Sequence record: PZ754631.1
Source: a phage
DNA length: 51,438 nucleotides
Direction: 5' to 3' (one strand)
This document shows positions 47,034-51,438 of this stretch, piece after piece; the first letter of the stretch is position 1; every line of letters begins with the position of its first letter. The position numbers and the translations under genes are program-made. The notes beneath the pieces are model-generated. The model worked only from the letters and a program-made list of their open reading frames with translations. It had not been told where the DNA came from and searched no databases.

Positions 47034-47215
47034 TTTGGTTACTTGTATTTTTAGTGGTTTTCTTTTATATTTCAGGATTATTCATCTTCCGCGCATTGGT
47101 TAAAGAGTGTGATTGCACTGATAAAGATCAGCCTCTTGTTCTGATATTCTGGTTTGTGTGGTTTTGGGTGGCGTTTTACCAGATTGTGCGGGATGAAAGC
47201 GGCTTTAAGTGGTGA
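47030..47215 (+). CDS. small membrane protein (2 TM)
   Basis: 61 aa, two hydrophobic segments; ATGA coupling. Confidence 0.5.
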   Translation: MIWLLVFLVVFFYISGLFIFRALVKECDCTDKDQPLVLIFWFVWFWVAFYQIVRDESGFKW

Positions 47216-47270
47216 TTCTTACTATAGCGCATTCATGCAGTGCGCTATGTTGATATAACAACAGGAGATC

Positions 47271-47408
47271 ATGAAGATGCGAAACTTCGAAAAAATCGTA
47301 ACCAAGAAGAAGCGCTACAGCTATGACGAGCACCGCGAGATGAATCAACGCTATCGCAAAAAGCGCCAGCGCCCAGGTAAAAACTCAAGTCGATATGGAG
47401 GCAACTAA
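47271..47408 (+). CDS. small basic protein (45 aa)
   Basis: below track threshold; RBS AGGAGA; Lys/Arg-rich; stop adjacent to kinase start. Confidence 0.4.
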   Translation: MKMRNFEKIVTKKKRYSYDEHREMNQRYRKKRQRPGKNSSRYGGN

Positions 47409-47409
47409 T

Positions 47410-48000
47410 ATGAAACGCGACATTATCATTCTTAACGGACCGCCAGGAGTTGGCAAAGATACGCTTGCGGCATACTTAACGGGTCATCGTTACGCAGCGG
47501 TTAAAGCGTCATTTAAACAGCCTATGTTCGATATTGCATTCTCCATGCTTGGCGTTTTCCGATATGACGAGTTCATTGATCTGTATAACGACCGTGAGCA
47601 GAAAGAAAAGCCTCAAGCAATCTTGCAAGGTAAGTCTCCGCGACAATTCATGATCTGGATTAGCGAAGAAGTCATGAAGCCAGCTTTTGGCGAGCAATAT
47701 TTTGGGAATCGCATGGTTGAGCAAGTACACGAGATGTACAGAGATTTAGCTGTTGTAATTAGTGATGGCGGATTCCCTGAAGAAATCAAGCCGCTCGTTA
47801 AGGCGGGCCATGAAGTTCACATTTGCCGACTGCATCGCGAAGGATTCACGTTTGATGGCGATTCGCGAAACTATATTGACCTGAGCGGATACCATCACCG
47901 CGTCAAGCATTACGACTTCACAATGACTGATGGCGAGCCAGAAAAGACTGTTGACGAGATCATCAAAACTGTCCAGTGGAAACACATTAAGATCAAATAG
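47410..48000 (+). CDS. P-loop kinase (dNMP kinase-like)
   Basis: N-terminal IIILNGPPGVGKDT P-loop resembling phage deoxynucleoside monophosphate kinases; RBS GGAGG. Confidence 0.6.
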   Translation: MKRDIIILNGPPGVGKDTLAAYLTGHRYAAVKASFKQPMFDIAFSMLGVFRYDEFIDLYNDREQKEKPQAILQGKSPRQFMIWISEEVMKPAFGEQYFGNRMVEQVHEMYRDLAVVISDGGFPEEIKPLVKAGHEVHICRLHREGFTFDGDSRNYIDLSGYHHRVKHYDFTMTDGEPEKTVDEIIKTVQWKHIKIK

Positions 48001-48040
48001 CACGAATTGCTAAAAGCGGGGCGCAATGCCTCGCTATAAT
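47995..48040 (+). promoter_or_regulatory. early promoter cassette
   Basis: AAATAGCACGAATTGCTAAAAG, 19 bp hairpin, TATAAT. Confidence 0.5.
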
Positions 48041-48071
48041 GCAAACACCAATCAACGAGAGGGCTTGGAAC

Positions 48072-48473
48072 ATGTTAGAACTTAACGACATTCGCGTTGG
48101 AACAAAATTTCGCGTAACCTGGGCAGATAAATATTGCGGCGTTAGCAAGGGCCAGGTTGTTACTGTGGATAGTATTTATCGCGGATGCAGCAAAGACTTT
48201 CGCCGCCCACGCATCAAGAATGGCTATATCATTACTCGCCGTTTTGGATTTGATCATTATTGCGTAGTGTCAACTCAAGGCGCTTTGATTGAGCTTAAGC
48301 GAATAAGCGATCATCGCGGCTGTCATGTTAAGACAATGAAAACACCATTTCAGCGAGCGCGATACGATGCGCGACGGATGCGCCGACTTGCTCGAAATGC
48401 GATCAAGTTCAAAAATCCTGGCAGTAATTTTTACAGAATGTACAAAGGGATTGCGCGAAATGCTGGGAAATAA
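48072..48473 (+). CDS. hypothetical basic protein
   Basis: 133 aa from MLELND; track start at 48039 rejected because it overlaps the promoter -10. Confidence 0.5.
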   Translation: MLELNDIRVGTKFRVTWADKYCGVSKGQVVTVDSIYRGCSKDFRRPRIKNGYIITRRFGFDHYCVVSTQGALIELKRISDHRGCHVKTMKTPFQRARYDARRMRRLARNAIKFKNPGSNFYRMYKGIARNAGK

Positions 48474-48591
48474 CAACAACGCAACCAATCCAAAGCCGCC
48501 ATTTGATTTTCATGAAATCATGATTGTGTTATTCTTGATTCTCTTAGTTGTTTATTCAGTGAGGGCCGCAATATGGTTTTTAATGCACTAA
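48460..48591 (+). CDS. small membrane peptide (43 aa)
   Basis: internal ATG overlapping upstream stop; hydrophobic IMIVLFLILLVVYSV segment; weak RBS. Confidence 0.35.
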   Translation: MLGNNNNATNPKPPFDFHEIMIVLFLILLVVYSVRAAIWFLMH

Positions 48592-48836
48592 AACGAATCT
48601 TTAAACCTGAATACCGGATCGTTGCTTGCACAGAATGCAAGATTTATTATCTGCAACGCCGCCGCGTTATTAGTGGGGATTGGGAATATCTGACGGATGA
48701 TGCTTTCGGCTTTTGGGCTATGGAGTTCAATAGCTACAGCGAAGCGCGTGAGTACGCTAAAAAGTTGCACAAGTTCAGACCTTACAAGCTACGTTTGCTG
48801 GTTGTCAAAAAATGCGATGTGTGGGATCACGAATGA
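48573..48836 (+). CDS. hypothetical protein
   Basis: 87 aa ORF in early arm. Confidence 0.45.
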   Translation: MVFNALKRIFKPEYRIVACTECKIYYLQRRRVISGDWEYLTDDAFGFWAMEFNSYSEAREYAKKLHKFRPYKLRLLVVKKCDVWDHE

Positions 48837-49012
48837 AAAGAGTAATTATCATTTTTATTGCCCTTATCGCTGGTTGCTACCTGGCATATAATTATAGCGG
48901 CATTGTTGAGTCAATCGGCGGGTTGATTATCTTCATGGCTGGCGGGTATGCTGGCTATTGTGATGGATTCGAAAACGGAAAGCGTTACATGCTGACCGGA
49001 AAAAAGAAGTAA
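48833..49012 (+). CDS. small membrane protein
   Basis: 59 aa from MKRVIII; two hydrophobic segments; ATGA coupling. Confidence 0.45.
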   Translation: MKRVIIIFIALIAGCYLAYNYSGIVESIGGLIIFMAGGYAGYCDGFENGKRYMLTGKKK

Positions 49013-49054
49013 TGTTAACCGCGCCGCTTAGGTGGCGCTAAAAGGAGGAAACAA

Positions 49055-49342
49055 ATGGCTAAAAGCAATCGTAAAATGTTGATTAACGCATTCGAAAAGG
49101 CAGCGCTTGAGCGTGGTTGGAATGACTCATTTCACACAGCAAACTGTATCCGCCGTTACGGATTCAAGAATTGCCGATCCTGGGCGCGTCAAATGGCTTC
49201 ATGGTATGATCTTGATGCGCATTACCTTGATATGGATTGCGCCCTGGTTGAAATGATTGAGCAGGCCGCATTAGAGGATCGACCATTAACGCAATCTGAT
49301 TTTGACGATTTTGTGCGCGATGAAATCTATTACATGAGCTAA
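49055..49342 (+). CDS. hypothetical protein
   Basis: 95 aa; RBS AGGAGG; stop adjacent to promoter motif. Confidence 0.5.
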   Translation: MAKSNRKMLINAFEKAALERGWNDSFHTANCIRRYGFKNCRSWARQMASWYDLDAHYLDMDCALVEMIEQAALEDRPLTQSDFDDFVRDEIYYMS

Positions 49343-49385
49343 TAGCACTTTTTGTTAAAACTTCCGCGAGGGCATTTGTTAAAGT
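49341..49385 (+). promoter_or_regulatory. early promoter cassette (weaker -10)
   Basis: AATAGCACTTTTTGTTAAAAC, 19 bp, TAAAGT. Confidence 0.4.
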
Positions 49386-49417
49386 GTCCTCATTGAAGCG
49401 AAACAGAGGAAATAAAA

Positions 49418-49630
49418 ATGAAAATTCGAATCACCAGGGTTGACATTGACCGTAACGACGGAATCATTACCCTTGAGCAATGCGGATTCAAAGTTGGTGA
49501 CATTGTAGAGGTTGACGGATTCTTTCGCGATGGTTCTTACTGCGTGTTAGCAATACGAAACACAGAAGAAATTCGAATCGGTGATAACATCGGCGTAAAC
49601 CATGACGAATGCGAGGTAGTAGAAGAATGA
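49418..49630 (+). CDS. hypothetical protein
   Basis: 70 aa; RBS GAGGAAA. Confidence 0.5.
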   Translation: MKIRITRVDIDRNDGIITLEQCGFKVGDIVEVDGFFRDGSYCVLAIRNTEEIRIGDNIGVNHDECEVVEE

Positions 49631-49860
49631 TCACGATTAACCTGTCAGAGCAGCAAGCAGCACAGATTATGCGTCATATTTCCGTAATGGGTATTGATGG
49701 TGATTTCTCTGAAGTGGTGAAGCAGATTTATCGCCAACTTGCGCCAGCATCAACAATGGCGTCTGAGGTTGCAGTATGGCGTCACGAGGCAGGATACACG
49801 CAAAGGATGATTGAAGACTGGAAGCGCAAAAACGAGACTGCGGAGGATGCAGGATTATGA
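49627..49860 (+). CDS. hypothetical protein
   Basis: 77 aa from MITINL; ATGA coupling. Confidence 0.45.
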   Translation: MITINLSEQQAAQIMRHISVMGIDGDFSEVVKQIYRQLAPASTMASEVAVWRHEAGYTQRMIEDWKRKNETAEDAGL

Positions 49861-50171
49861 TTTACATTCACTACTACCAGATCGGGACAAACGAAAACAA
49901 GCATGATCGCAGAGCAATTTGTGACACGTTCGAAGATGCGAAAGCACAGCAACGCGTTTTGGGTGGTGTAATTCAGGCTTTTGAGCCAGTGGAAGACATA
50001 GAGCACAGAGAGCATTTGAAAGAGATTGTTGTTGATGAAATTTCATCACTAATCGACGACATGACAAATCACGGTCCTGGTTCTCCGTGGGAAGAAGCTG
50101 GATCGACGGAGTGGGATTGCGCTAAAGTTGCAACGCTTAACAACTTTCGTGATTTGCTCGACGATTTTTAA
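49857..50171 (+). CDS. hypothetical acidic protein
   Basis: 104 aa, Asp/Glu-rich; followed by intrinsic terminator. Confidence 0.5.
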   Translation: MIYIHYYQIGTNENKHDRRAICDTFEDAKAQQRVLGGVIQAFEPVEDIEHREHLKEIVVDEISSLIDDMTNHGPGSPWEEAGSTEWDCAKVATLNNFRDLLDDF

Positions 50172-50180
50172 TTAAAATTG

Positions 50181-50227
50181 AATGCCTCATACAGAGAACA
50201 GGACGCATTTTGACGAGGCATTTTTTA
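50181..50227 (+). terminator. terminator-like hairpin plus T6
   Basis: AATGCCTC...GAGGCATT 8-bp stem (long loop) followed by TTTTTT. Confidence 0.45.
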
Positions 50228-50241
50228 GGTAAGGTGATTCA

Positions 50242-50370
50242 ATGGGTAGCTACATAAAACCGTCGCAGTGGTGCGCACAGAAGCAAGAGGAAGCACTAGA
50301 ACGCGGCGACACTGAAACAGCAATGCACTATTTCGAAATGTACAACTTGTGGAAGAGTAGAGGTCTGTAA
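50242..50370 (+). CDS. hypothetical small protein (42 aa)
   Basis: below track threshold; RBS GGTGA after terminator; TAATG coupling to next gene. Confidence 0.4.
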   Translation: MGSYIKPSQWCAQKQEEALERGDTETAMHYFEMYNLWKSRGL

Positions 50371-50600
50371 TGTTTGGAATGAACGAGGCGCAATTCAACG
50401 CTGCAAAACGCCAGGCTAAGAAGTGCGGCGAGGCAATGAAGGCGGATGTTGAAAAGCGCGGGAAGTATGTTGATGAGGTTATGAAGGGCATTATTGCCGA
50501 ACATTATCAGCCAGTTGCGCCAATGCTGACAATTACTCAATTCATCTGGTTGTGTGGTTATCTTCGTGGGAGATGGGGAAACGCATTTGACCGCGAATGA
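50370..50600 (+). CDS. hypothetical protein
   Basis: 76 aa ORF. Confidence 0.5.
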   Translation: MFGMNEAQFNAAKRQAKKCGEAMKADVEKRGKYVDEVMKGIIAEHYQPVAPMLTITQFIWLCGYLRGRWGNAFDRE

Positions 50601-50746
50601 TTGACAACGATTTCCTGATTGGTTAGCATATTCAACGTTTACATAAGAGCGGCATTAGTGCCGAACGGGTGGCGCGGTTGCCACGCAACAACGGCGATAT
50701 GCAGGTTTTTACCGTAAGACGTATCGCCTTTTTTATAGGTGAATAT

Positions 50747-50980
50747 ATGGAAAAGTACAAATTAACAATTCTTTTTGGCGGTCTTGTTTTTCATCCTTTC
50801 AATGGCTACCACTGCAACAGTTTTACCGTAACTGTATCCGAGGACGACATTGATGATGATGGCAAATTCATTCGAATTGGTGAATGCTTGTACCCAGTGC
50901 ACAATATCAATTGCATCAAGCGCGAGATCGTAAAAGATGATGTACAAGGTAAGGTTGACGATCAGACGGATGGGGCGTAA
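50747..50980 (+). CDS. hypothetical protein
   Basis: 77 aa from MEKYKL with RBS GGTGA. Confidence 0.45.
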   Translation: MEKYKLTILFGGLVFHPFNGYHCNSFTVTVSEDDIDDDGKFIRIGECLYPVHNINCIKREIVKDDVQGKVDDQTDGA

Positions 50981-51122
50981 TTGCTCGTCATGCAAACAAA
51001 GTTTTGAATGTGAGGTTGAAGCGCGCGGAGAGCTTGAGGCAGCAGCAAGAGCAAAAGAGTTGTCCGGCGCTAATCAAGACACTCACCAGTTTTCAATAGA
51101 TCTTGTAAGGAAAATGTCATGA
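50937..51122 (+). CDS. hypothetical Cys-containing protein
   Basis: 61 aa; overlaps upstream gene by 44 nt; ATGA coupling to downstream gene; start uncertain. Confidence 0.35.
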   Translation: MMYKVRLTIRRMGRNCSSCKQSFECEVEARGELEAAARAKELSGANQDTHQFSIDLVRKMS

Positions 51123-51358
51123 GTTCTGTAATTATTGGTTTGGTTGCTTTAATCATTGGTGTTCTAATCGGCTTTGTTGCTGTATCTTTCGTGGTGGCTG
51201 TTGGTGTTCGCTATAAGTCAAAAAAGGGTGAATTTGCTTTAGCGTTTTGGGATGAAGATCAGAAAGTTTGGCAGGTTCGCGGTCACTACTTATCAATCGG
51301 TGGCAGGATTCACAGCACTATGAAGACAAATCCAGAAAAAGTAAAATACAAGTATTGA
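51119..51358 (+). CDS. small membrane protein
   Basis: 79 aa with N-terminal TM helix; followed by intrinsic terminator. Confidence 0.5.
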   Translation: MSSVIIGLVALIIGVLIGFVAVSFVVAVGVRYKSKKGEFALAFWDEDQKVWQVRGHYLSIGGRIHSTMKTNPEKVKYKY

Positions 51359-51366
51359 ACAACTAC

Positions 51367-51389
51367 CCGCCAAATGGCGGGTTTTTTAT
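51367..51389 (+). terminator. intrinsic terminator before the packaging genes (wraps to position 1)
   Basis: CCCGCC-AAAT-GGCGGG plus TTTTTT; TATAAT at 51406-51411 and RBS AGGAGG follow. Confidence 0.65.
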
Positions 51390-51438
51390 TGTCTGCAATT
51401 TGTCTATAATGAGTCTTTGTTATAAAGGAGGGCGCATT

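Noticed and set aside
48039-48071. ATG at 48039 as start of the 144-aa early ORF (and similar track starts at 40802 and 29560)
   Set aside because: These start codons lie inside the -10 box or conserved promoter motif of the upstream cassette; downstream ATGs with RBSs were used instead.
1-51438. Lysogeny module (integrase, CI-like repressor, att site), tRNA genes, transposase or IS elements
   Set aside because: No tyrosine or serine recombinase-like ORF, no tRNA-like cloverleaf signatures noticed, and no terminal inverted repeats flanking a transposase; the HTH proteins present lack an adjacent integrase. The phage is most consistent with a virulent lifestyle, though this is a by-eye assessment.

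Overview
The window reads as a complete, wrapped genome of a virulent T1-like (Drexlerviridae-style) siphophage of an enterobacterial host; this is inferred from gene order and protein motifs only, with no database search. An RBS and -10 box at the window end sit in register with the terminase small subunit ATG at position 1, so the two ends appear to join. Layout: packaging, head and lambda-like tail genes with a G/GT -1 frameshift (1-20610, + strand); a Cor/Llp-like lipoprotein (-); a recombination module of RecB-family exonuclease, Erf and SSB (+); a leftward unit with tail fibre, primase and HTH protein (-); helicase, VRR-NUC nuclease, Dam methylase and an HTH-metallophosphoesterase (+); a lysis cassette of holin, SAR-endolysin and unimolecular spanin (+); then two divergent early arms of small genes around a ~750 bp non-coding hub at 41.9-42.6 kb. 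No integrase, repressor/lysogeny module, tRNA, CRISPR array or transposase was seen. The most unusual signals are (1) about 20 copies of a stereotyped intergenic promoter cassette whose conserved 21-mer contains the upstream gene's stop codon, (2) a ~75 bp IHF-consensus element repeated at the two divergent control regions 21 kb apart, (3) a compact C5-cytosine-methyltransferase-like protein with a PPCT instead of PCQ catalytic motif, (4) an HTH-metallophosphoesterase fusion just upstream of lysis, (5) a P-loop ATPase three-gene unit convergent on the lysis cassette, and (6) a four-gene cluster of odd-composition proteins downstream of the tail fibre. CDS coordinates derive from the supplied ORF track with start codons re-chosen by RBS and promoter context; regulatory-site coordinates are read by eye and may be off by a few nucleotides.
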